Source: Eukaryota sp. GEM-RC1
Lineage: Eukaryota
Length of the DNA: 64,000 bases
Assembly: GCA_040285855.1 (NCBI GenBank)
Contig: JAUFOQ010000005.1
Span: forward strand, 2,480,001 to 2,544,000
Reading direction: 5' to 3'
This document shows, one piece after another, positions 24,351-33,406 of the stretch (position 1 is the first letter of the stretch; each line of letters starts with the position of its first letter). Below the pieces are notes generated by a model. The model worked only from the letters and a program-made list of their open reading frames with translations, did no database searches and was not told the DNA's origin. A program made the translations under genes and the position numbers.

Positions 24351-25142
24351 ATGCACTTACAACAATCATTGATATATTCTATAACAGGAATAAATCCTGA
24401 AATCAACGTTAATGGATTAGATTGGATTCATGTATTTAAAGCATATCAAGTACCTAAAATAATTGGTCATGATTTTGACAAAGAATGGGATGAGATAAAA
24501 ATATCCTTATGTATTGTGTATAGAACTTTAAATTCTCCAATGATTAAAAAAGAAGTCAAGGTTAATTTTATTAATCGAGTATCCATATCAGGTTGTATAC
24601 CTGATTATAAATGGAAATCATCCAAGCATTTAAAATATATATGTATAAATACAGCATCATCTTGTGATGGTTCCAATCGAATAATAAAAGCATTGATTTC
24701 ATTTCGATATAATAAAATAAAAAATAATGAATTTTTAATAAATAATATTAAACGATCTTTTCGTATATATGTATTAGAAGTAAATGGAGAACCATATCAA
24801 TACATATATCATTGTAGGGATTATGGTAAAAATGTTAGTAAGCACTTTCCAAAGTTTAATTTAAAAAATGATAAAGATGCATTGTATTTGAATATTATAA
24901 TGTTGCTCAAATATGATCATGACACATTTTTATTTATTCCATTATATGATGAATGTGAGGTATTTGAAAATAATAAATTTTTGAATTCTATAATGTATAA
25001 ACCAAATATACCCAAAACAGAACTTGATCCATATCATTTACATGTTAATAGTAGAAAATTGAGAATGTCAATCGAACAATATGAATCTGATAAGGGCTAT
25101 AAAATTAAAAAGAATATTCCCGAAAATTATATGATTATTTGA
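24351..25142 (+). CDS. Hypothetical protein
   Basis: 263-aa ORF with upstream motif; no recognised domain. Confidence 0.65.
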   Translation: MHLQQSLIYSITGINPEINVNGLDWIHVFKAYQVPKIIGHDFDKEWDEIKISLCIVYRTLNSPMIKKEVKVNFINRVSISGCIPDYKWKSSKHLKYICINTASSCDGSNRIIKALISFRYNKIKNNEFLINNIKRSFRIYVLEVNGEPYQYIYHCRDYGKNVSKHFPKFNLKNDKDALYLNIIMLLKYDHDTFLFIPLYDECEVFENNKFLNSIMYKPNIPKTELDPYHLHVNSRKLRMSIEQYESDKGYKIKKNIPENYMII

Positions 25143-25415
25143 GAAATATCCATATAAATGATTTGGTAAAAGTAGTAGAAGATTTCGAAAATATATTTAA
25201 CAAAGTAATTAAAAAATGAAAAAAAATGATTTTATTTTTTATAAAATGCTACAGGAATCTATTCTATATGTTTCTATCTGGAACATTCGAAAAATTTTAT
25301 AAAACTCATCATTCATATCCTCTTATTTCTACGAAACATTTATGAAAGAAAATCCAAAACCAATAGAATCTGAGGTCTATGAAAATGGAACGGAATTTGG
25401 AAATGAAAAGAGTTA

Positions 25416-25667
25416 GTGATTATTGCTTCAAGTGATATTGACCATTTAGAAATGGAGAAATCGAAGGATTCCGAAATCGATGTATTCGGTATTGGTACTT
25501 CAATTAATTCTATAAAACACAAGTCATCCTTGGGTATTGTGTGCAAGCTGGTTGAATATGATGGCAAACCTTGTACAAAATTTTCTAAAGATTCTGTTAA
25601 AATTTTAGAACCTTATCGAAAAGAAGTCTATCTAACAGATTCAGGATATGTTGTTAAAAGATATTAA
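25416..25667 (+). pseudogene. pncB: Nicotinate phosphoribosyltransferase, C-terminal fragment
   Basis: IIASSDID, IDVFGIGT, SLGIVCKLVEYDGKPCTKFS...PYRKEVY; most of the enzyme is missing. Confidence 0.75.
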
Positions 25668-25741
25668 TGAATTGAAAAGAGATGGAAATCTTGAAGTGCA
25701 ACAATATATTGAATAAAAAAAATGATTTTATTTTTTATAAA

Positions 25742-26431
25742 ATGTATTCTGATATAGAAGTAATTAATTATTTAAAAGAAAGTGGTGAAACAGATGAAAA
25801 ATTACATGAGTATATTGTGACCAAGTTGACAGATTTCGAATCTTGTTCTAATGAATTGAAAAATAATTTGGAATGTTGTACACTTGCAATTCGATTAAAA
25901 TTCTCAAACTTGAAATATTGTAGTGCAATGAATAAAGATTTTTATTTATTAGCGATACATCGAAATCATCGTATATTTCAGCATTGTCCCAAAGAATTAA
26001 GAGATGATGGTGCTTTTTGTCTTGTTGCAATTTCCTTGTGTAAATATAATTTCAAATATTGTTCTGATAGATTGAAAAATTCGTTTGATTTTTGTGTAAT
26101 GGCAAATCCACCATTAGTTTATTGCTCAGATGAATTAAAAGATAATTTAGATTTTTGTAAATGGATAATATGTAAAGATAGTTATAATTTTATGCATTGC
26201 TCTCCCAGATTAAGAAACGATGAAAAGTTTTGTAAATTTGTAATTGAAAAATATAATTTGTGTGATGATTCTCAATTAATTATTGATACCTTTCATAATT
26301 GTTCTGATAGATTAAAAGACGATTTAGAATTTTGTAAATGGGCGATTAATGTTAATTTAGACATTTATCCACATTGTTATGATAGACATTGTAATAATGA
26401 AGATTTTATTGAGTGGGCTAAAGAATTATAA
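25742..26431 (+). CDS. DUF4116-like repeat protein
   Basis: Repeats CSxxLK/RN/DDxxFC about 8 times; motif-defined ATG at 25742. Confidence 0.8.
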   Translation: MYSDIEVINYLKESGETDEKLHEYIVTKLTDFESCSNELKNNLECCTLAIRLKFSNLKYCSAMNKDFYLLAIHRNHRIFQHCPKELRDDGAFCLVAISLCKYNFKYCSDRLKNSFDFCVMANPPLVYCSDELKDNLDFCKWIICKDSYNFMHCSPRLRNDEKFCKFVIEKYNLCDDSQLIIDTFHNCSDRLKDDLEFCKWAINVNLDIYPHCYDRHCNNEDFIEWAKEL

Positions 26432-26453
26432 AAATGATTTTATTTTTTAGAAA

Positions 26454-27223
26454 ATGTTTTGTGAGACATTATTACATCTTATTTTCAAAAATATGAAGAG
26501 TATGCATTATGGTTGTGTATCCGAAAAATTCTACAACATCTATGAAAAAAATATCCATATTTCAATATCATATACTCCACATCATTCATATGATTGTGCT
26601 TTCTTTCCACTATTTCTATTGATGAAATGTATATAAATTCTTTCGTAAATTCAAATCTTAGCTGTGATACATTGTATACATGTGTTGATGTTTCAAGTTT
26701 TGATTCATTACCGTTTGACAAACTTAAATATAAATGTAAATATTTAGTTATTAGAATAATATGTTTTAATTATATTATTGATGGAAAATATATAATAACA
26801 ATAGTTAAAAAATTGTTATCACTCAATATTGATTTTAAAATGATTTATGATACCATGCGTGAAAGATGTGACGATGATGATTCCGATTTACAAAATTTGT
26901 TTGTATTAATCAATGAAAATCAAATCATTACAATTAAATATATGTGTACTGATTTTCTACCTTGGATGTGTGATTTGTCATATGATATTATTTATATTAC
27001 AGATAATGGATATGGATATTTTTCATATTGTTCGCATTGTAGATATATTATTAATTTAGATCGTACACTAAGTGCAAAAGAAATATTCATAAAAAGTAGA
27101 TGTAAAATTTTTAATTATAATCTTAAAGAGGAGTTACGTAATAAAGATGTGGAACATATTTTGAATAACAAGAAACATATACTTTATAAATATAAGCATT
27201 TATATATAACTGCAATAAAATGA
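26454..27223 (+). pseudogene. F-box-like protein, frameshifted
   Basis: N-terminus MFCETLLHLIFKNM...CVSEKFYNI fits the F-box pattern; paralog at 27581. Confidence 0.55.
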
Positions 27224-27238
27224 TTATATTTTTTAAAA

Positions 27239-27560
27239 ATGTTCCAGAACTATATCTACGTTACTGGAGAACCCCAATATATATATAATGCCAAGCAAAC
27301 TTTTGAAGTTCCTATTCAATTTCAACAATTATGGAAAGGATACAATTGTTCTATTAAATTCAATGATGATGGATTTTTCGTTAGTTTTGAATCAGACACC
27401 ATTCAATATCAAATGTGTAAAATAATGAATCAATATTGTATTGTTTATGGATTATTTCGTGGTGATAGTTGTAGTGCATTTGTAAATGATGAATTATATG
27501 AGATTCCTCCTTTCGAGGATGAAAAAGAAATCATTAATATATGCAATAGTTTTGATAAAA
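27239..27560 (+). CDS. Hypothetical protein (fused to the next gene in the ORF track)
   Basis: Own upstream motif; a new motif and ATG at 27558-27583 mark a separate gene; stop presumably lost by an indel. Confidence 0.5.
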
Positions 27561-27580
27561 ATGATTTTATTTTTTATAAA

Positions 27581-28015
27581 ATGTTTTGTGAGACATTGTT
27601 ACATCTTATTTTCAAACACATGAAGAATCAATATTATGGTTCTATATCAAAGAAGTTTTATAATATACACGAGAAATATAAATCGAGAAAATTAATTAAT
27701 ATTCGCGCTGATGATTTCAATTGGGAATACGAAGATGACGAATATTACACTCTTGGCGATGGTATGTGTAGTTTTTTTGATTTATCATTAATAATATCAT
27801 ATCTAACTAATCCTAATAATCACTGTTTCTTTGATAAACTTTCTATGAAATTATCTGAAATTGATATTCTTCTAAATTCAAATATTACTTGTGATCGCTT
27901 ATCTATTCATAGAATTGAATCAGACTCAATAATACCATTTGAAAAACTTAAATATGATGTGATTAACATTAAGATAATATATAATTTATGTGTACTTCAT
28001 CATATTCGTTTATAA
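27581..28015 (+). pseudogene. F-box-like protein paralog, probably 3'-truncated
   Basis: MFCETLLHLIFKHM..., similar to the 26454 gene up to PFEKLKY, then diverges. Confidence 0.55.
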
Positions 28016-28086
28016 TCTAATGGAATGTTTTGTATGTGATATATTGATTGCATTTTTGTTTAAAAAAATCATTTTTATATCATCAA

Positions 28087-28920
28087 ATGATTTCTGAATG
28101 GCAAGATGAAGTCTTTAGTAGAAAATTAATGCAATATCAACGTAGTGGTAGATATGATAAAAAAATGGAAGATTTTATTAAGAAGTTTGACAAATTATTC
28201 AAACCAAGTCCTCCACAAACTTATCTACGAGGATTGCGTCAAAAAGTCAACGAAATAACTTCAATCAAATCATATCACGCAACAATGATTCCAACAAGAA
28301 TCGGACAAGTATTTTCATTCGCAAAACCATTATTAAAAAATGAATATAATGTGTTGATTATTCAAAGATCTAATCATAAAAGTTTAAAAATTAATAAACC
28401 ATATATTACAGGAAATATTAAAAGATGTGAAAACGAAGTAGTACTCCAACCATGTGAATATAAATTAATATGGAAGAAAAAATTTGGATTAATAAATATT
28501 TGGAAAGTAACAGATGGAGAAGAGTATAATGATGAATTAGTTGATAATTTATTAGATTATGTAAAATTTATCGAAAGACCATTTATTGATTCTCTAATTA
28601 TAAATATAAAATATTTTGACATTTATTTTTATCATGCAATAGAACAACCTTATTATTGTAAAAATTACAAGAAATATCTACAAAACCAATCCTTAATTAA
28701 ATCCAAAGCATTTGCAAACCATACAAAGTCACAAATAAAAAATATGTTGATTGATTTTCATAATTTAAAACAAACTAAAATAAAAAAAGAATTAACTCTC
28801 TATGCTTCATTTACTAAATTTGATAAGAAATTTGATACTGTTACTTATTGTAAAGATTTTAATGAATGGGAATATAGTGATTTCGATGAATGGTATTTTG
28901 AAAAAGATGGAAGAAATTAA
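28087..28920 (+). CDS. Candidate ADP-ribosyltransferase (R-S-E clade)
   Basis: TYLRGL (R strand), KSYHAT (degenerate STS), FA helix and ENEVVLQP (ExE) in the expected order. Confidence 0.5.
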   Translation: MISEWQDEVFSRKLMQYQRSGRYDKKMEDFIKKFDKLFKPSPPQTYLRGLRQKVNEITSIKSYHATMIPTRIGQVFSFAKPLLKNEYNVLIIQRSNHKSLKINKPYITGNIKRCENEVVLQPCEYKLIWKKKFGLINIWKVTDGEEYNDELVDNLLDYVKFIERPFIDSLIINIKYFDIYFYHAIEQPYYCKNYKKYLQNQSLIKSKAFANHTKSQIKNMLIDFHNLKQTKIKKELTLYASFTKFDKKFDTVTYCKDFNEWEYSDFDEWYFEKDGRN

Positions 28921-29044
28921 ATAAAATTATTATTAAATTATATGTACAACCAGGATGTATTGTATACGGAAATGGATTTCATGATTATTTTGTAATTTCT
29001 AAAAAATATAAAAATTTATTTAATGACATTTATTTATTAGAAAA

Positions 29045-30346
29045 TTAATAATCAATAAAATTAATCCAATTTTGTATAACTGGATAACTGATATTTCTCT
29101 CTTCTAATTCCTTCAATAAATTACTCCGTGTTAATTTTTTTTGCAATCTTAGTGCACTAATTATATTTGACACTTCTTCATTTTCAGTTATGCTCATTTT
29201 GATGTTATCATCAAATCCAACTAAGCAATAAACCATTCTTGTAACTAAACCTAGAAAGCATGAACATTCTGATTCGAGTATCTCATTAATAAAAACTTTC
29301 AAAGCATCTTCTGGACATTCAAGTTTTGATATTCTATCCATTACTAAATTGTAAATATCAACCAAAGTTAGATTAAATTCAGTAAGTGATTCGGTCGAAT
29401 TATATACGAAATCAGGAGGAATTATATCTTTTCTAATTTCAAAATTTTCCAACAAGTATCTAAGAGAATTTCTAAATGATTGTTGTAATGATGAATTGTG
29501 TACATTTTCATCATCTTCAAATACAGGTTCTTCAACCATTGTTGCATCTACTACAATTTCATTTAAATTTGTAAACTCTCGTAGATTTTCAATCCTTGTT
29601 CCCAAAGCTCGTAGTATTGTTAATGATGACAATTCGGGCAATCTATAAACATTAGTATGATTGATTTCTAATTCAAATAAATTCAAATGGGGTGGAATTT
29701 GACGTAATGGATTGTCATTAATGAATAATGAAATCAAGTTTGGAAAATTTGGAATTCTTCTAATGTGATTGTTAGAAAGTTCTAAAAATTCAATCTTTGG
29801 ACTAGAATCAATACTTTCAATGTTTGAATTATTTGCAAAACAATATACCAAATTATCAAATGATGGAAAATGAGTCAAGTAATTATTACTAATATACAAA
29901 GTCTCTAACAACTCAAATTCATTTGAATTAATTTCAGATAATAGATTCATTACAATACGTAATGATTTTAGTTTCGGAAAACTGGGTGCATGGATAAAAT
30001 TATTGTTGGATATATCCAAGTGTTCTAATTCTGGAAAGCAAAACACATCAATCTGGTCAATATTATTATTACTCAAGTTTAATGTTTTTAATTTCGGCAT
30101 TGTACTAAATTCACGAACATTATTTCCCTCCAATGATAGTGTTTCAAGATTTTTCATTGGATCCATTGCAGTGATTTGATTGTAATTTGCTTCTAATTCT
30201 TTCAAAATCGGAAAAGAAATTGATGGAAAATATTTCAAACCAGTATTTGTCACACATAGTTTTTCAACCATTGGATATTCATGTTCAAACAATAAATGAA
30301 TGGATTCCTTTTTCAAGACAACTTCTGAATTCGTATCAGAAAACAT
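29045..30346 (-). CDS. LRR protein with conserved C-terminal helical domain
   Basis: Intact; LRRs, then DDENVHNSSLQ...ECSCFLGLVTRMVYCLVGFD; upstream motif on the minus strand. Confidence 0.9.
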   Translation of the reverse strand: MFSDTNSEVVLKKESIHLLFEHEYPMVEKLCVTNTGLKYFPSISFPILKELEANYNQITAMDPMKNLETLSLEGNNVREFSTMPKLKTLNLSNNNIDQIDVFCFPELEHLDISNNNFIHAPSFPKLKSLRIVMNLLSEINSNEFELLETLYISNNYLTHFPSFDNLVYCFANNSNIESIDSSPKIEFLELSNNHIRRIPNFPNLISLFINDNPLRQIPPHLNLFELEINHTNVYRLPELSSLTILRALGTRIENLREFTNLNEIVVDATMVEEPVFEDDENVHNSSLQQSFRNSLRYLLENFEIRKDIIPPDFVYNSTESLTEFNLTLVDIYNLVMDRISKLECPEDALKVFINEILESECSCFLGLVTRMVYCLVGFDDNIKMSITENEEVSNIISALRLQKKLTRSNLLKELEERNISYPVIQNWINFIDY

Positions 30347-30361
30347 TTTAGACAAAAAAAA

Positions 30362-30739
30362 TCATTTTTTTATTTGTTCCAAACAATCTTCTATAGAAAT
30401 ATTACATCTACAAATATTGACAATATCAGCTGGGGTAAATTTCTTATCTAAACTAGTATCAGTAATCTTGATATCTAGATCATAATAAAAGGAAATAATG
30501 TTCGATAGATCTTCGACAGTTGATTTGTCAAAATTGATATTCAAATCAATTCTTCCTGAGCGAATTAATGCTGGATCTAATTTTTCAGGATGATTTGTAG
30601 TCATTATAATAATTCTACCATCTCCTTCTTCAATTCCATCGATTAAATTCAATAAATCACTCAGTGTGAATTTTTGTTCAGGTACTGTTGGTTTGTCTAA
30701 TAAAGTTGTTAATTTCTTTTTAATGTTATGTCTCTCATG
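30362..30739 (-). pseudogene. BCS1-like AAA+ ATPase, C-terminal part only (5' part lost at the junction)
   Basis: TLSDLLNLIDG, IIIMTTNHPEKLDPALIRSGRID; Walker A/B absent. Confidence 0.85.
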
Positions 30740-32851
30740 AAAAAACTTGTGCAGCTGGTCCAATATTACCGTATATCGACATCGCAAAAGGTTGAAACAC
30801 AAAAGAATTGTACCTGTAAACATTCAATTGGTTAATTAAGTGGCAGTACTTTGTGTTTTTTCCTTTTCAGTCACTTCAAGAGCAGAAAAATCATCATTAA
30901 AAATTTTGGACATTGATTTTGAATTACAAGGATCAACAATCGTGAAAACAATGATAATTTCCTGACAAGCTAACCAAGGACCAATCAAATCACCACGACT
31001 TCTATCAACTTTTGGCTGATCAGAAAGATTAGCAAGTAAAGGTTCAATTTTTCCATGAAAACCATTAGCCTTAAACATATCCAAACATGTATCCCGGATA
31101 CTGTTGTGAATAATTGATCGAAAATGAATAAATTGATGACAGTTAACTAAATGATGAAAATTTGAAGCCTTTGAACGACCACAAAGACATGGAGAATGCT
31201 TCAAAAGACCTGAAGGCCATAAACCTAACCTAAGTCTCATGTTTATAAGCCATGCATGATCCTTAAGATTACAACAAAATTTTCTTGGCAAACGAGAAAC
31301 AAATGAAGACGCAGCGCTTGAAGAAATATCATTCAAAAATGCACAAAAAGCGGGACTCTTAGTCTTAGCCAAGCTAATACGGTTTTTAAAGTCCAAGCTT
31401 TCGTGAAACAAAACAAACTTCTTCTGTAACTTGCGAACACAGAAAGGCAAAGAGAAAATGCTTCTCTGCTGAATTTCTGTTACCCCAACAGGAAATAACT
31501 CTGACCACAAATTGGAGTCAAGACTATCAATTAATTTTTGAAGACTAATTAACCATGCACAAGGTGAGTGAAGTAAAAAATCTTTCGTTTTCCATAACAC
31601 AGGATAACGATTCTGAAATTCAAACAAAAAAATCTTTAGAGACCCCAAAAAGGCACCATCACGCATGTTCTTAACTTTCGTGAAACCTATACCACCAAAA
31701 GAAGTAGAAGTGAAACCATGAGAAGGAAGTGAAGAGTCTTTGTTACCAACCAGATAACTTACAAAATTTGTGCGCAATGAATTAAAATTACGAGATAATT
31801 CGAGAGTTAGTTGAGGCGGTAAACCACGTAAAAAGTCATTAATTTTACCACCAAAACACACTTGCAGCATAACAAAAGAAACTTGTTTGCCTACATCCAG
31901 ATCAACGATTTGGTTAAGCTGCTGAAAGATACAATTATTCTTATGTGATAAAGTCTCCTTAATTTTGTCATCATTACCAATATAATTGCCCAAAAACTTG
32001 ACACATTCATCTGAATAATTGACAAACGGAATGGAAGATTCCCCAAAATTCAAATCAACTGAAGAACGTTTAATGACAAGACATTTTTGAAAATTAAATG
32101 ACAAACCAATACTTGAAGACAATTCAACAAAACGAGGAAAACTCGATTTAATGACTTCCAAAGGGCCAACCAAAGAGGTATCATCAGCATACGAGTTCAA
32201 CCTTAATCCTGGGAATTCGCTTGAGAATTTGCGAAGAATTCTTTGCAACGGCAAACAGAAAAGAAAAAGGGCCCAAAGGATCACCTTGTTTCACACCACG
32301 AGTGGATGAAATTGTATGTTCGTGAAAAATTAATGAAGATGAATGACCATACATAATTTCAAAATAGGACAGTACTTCAGGAAAATGATCTAACAGTTCC
32401 AAGTAGACCTGTGACCGATAAACACGATTGAACGCATTTTTGTAATCAACGTTCAATACATAATTTTTGCATTTGAATTTAAAAAGATGTCAGTCATCAA
32501 ACTAGCACTTATTGTACCATCTACAATTCCAATGCAAAACTGAAAAGGTCTGAAATATTCCACAGCCTTCCTTTTCACCCTATCAAAACAAATAGAAGAA
32601 AATAATCTACTCACACATTCGCCAATTGCAATTGGTCGAACACCATTACACGGTTTAGATACAGCTACTAAACGACTATTTTTCAACGCAAGAGGAAATT
32701 TGTGTGGTTGTGAACAAATCAAATTGAAAAAGTATGCGAGGTCTTCAGCAACCTCAGGAGCATGTGTAACAGCAATTTTAATATGGTCAAAGCTAAGACC
32801 CGATGGTCCAGCTGCTTTACCACTTTTAGCATTAGAAATGGCTTTCATAAT
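30740..32851 (-). mobile_element. Non-LTR retrotransposon, CRE-like (RT plus restriction-like endonuclease), copy A, truncated at both ends
   Basis: KAAGPSG, RPIAIGE, DYKNAFN, GVKQGDPLGP, YADD, CLCG..HLVNC, RGDL..VDP; near-identical to copy B. Confidence 0.9.
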
Positions 32852-33406
32852 TCAGAGATATTGACAAGATCTGAATGTAGTCAGCTCAAATGTACTCAGT
32901 TCAAGCAACAATACGGTCAGCAACATTATGATTTAATAGTTGACAAGAACATGTTCCCTCTATTGCAAGTGTCGCTTAAACCATAACTAAACTGATCACA
33001 ATATCTGTACAAATTGGAGCTTGGTGTTGATGTCTAGAATCAGAAATTAATTTGAGTAATGAATCTGATCTGTAGAATAGCTGAAGTCAGACTGACCATT
33101 GAATTTGAATACAATAAATATACTCAGAGATATTGATGAGATCTGAATGTAGTCAGCTCAAATGTACTCAGTTCAAGCAACAATACGGTCAGCAACATTA
33201 TGATTTAATAGTTGACAAGAACATATTCCATCTACTGCAAGTGTCGCATAAACCATAACTAAACCGATCACAATATCTGTACAAATTGGAGCTTGGAGTT
33301 GATGTCTAGAATCAGAAATTAATTTGAGCAATGAATCTGATCTGTAGAATAGCTGAAGTCAGACTGACCATTGAATTTGAATACAATCAAAATTACTCAG
33401 AGATAT
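32852..33406. repeat. 273-bp tandem repeat (two units plus the start of a third)
   Basis: TCAGAGATAT recurs at 32852, 33124 and 33397; units near-identical; no long ORF. Confidence 0.95.

Larger units (their letters stand above)
1..30739. mobile_element. Large DNA virus-derived segment (probable giant endogenous viral element, Nucleocytoviricota-like); left end outside window
   Basis: Dense, mostly co-oriented ORFs with no apparent introns, tiny intergenic gaps and a shared upstream motif. Gene mix typical of giant viruses (LRR, RING/RBR, Skp1, DUF4116-like repeats, Dam MTase, PNKP, PD-(D/E)xK, BCS1-like AAA). Abrupt switch to retrotransposon DNA at 30,740. Confidence 0.8.

Noticed and set aside
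1316..26721. Antisense ORFs overlapping recognised genes (e.g. 1316-1675, 8022-8255, 13101-13487, 17614-17883, 21634-22056)
   Set aside because: Shadow ORFs with no motifs and no upstream signal.
527..28015. Alternative genetic code or programmed frameshifting as the cause of broken ORFs
   Set aside because: Breaks need frame changes at varied homopolymers in unrelated genes. TAA, TAG and TGA all end apparently complete genes.
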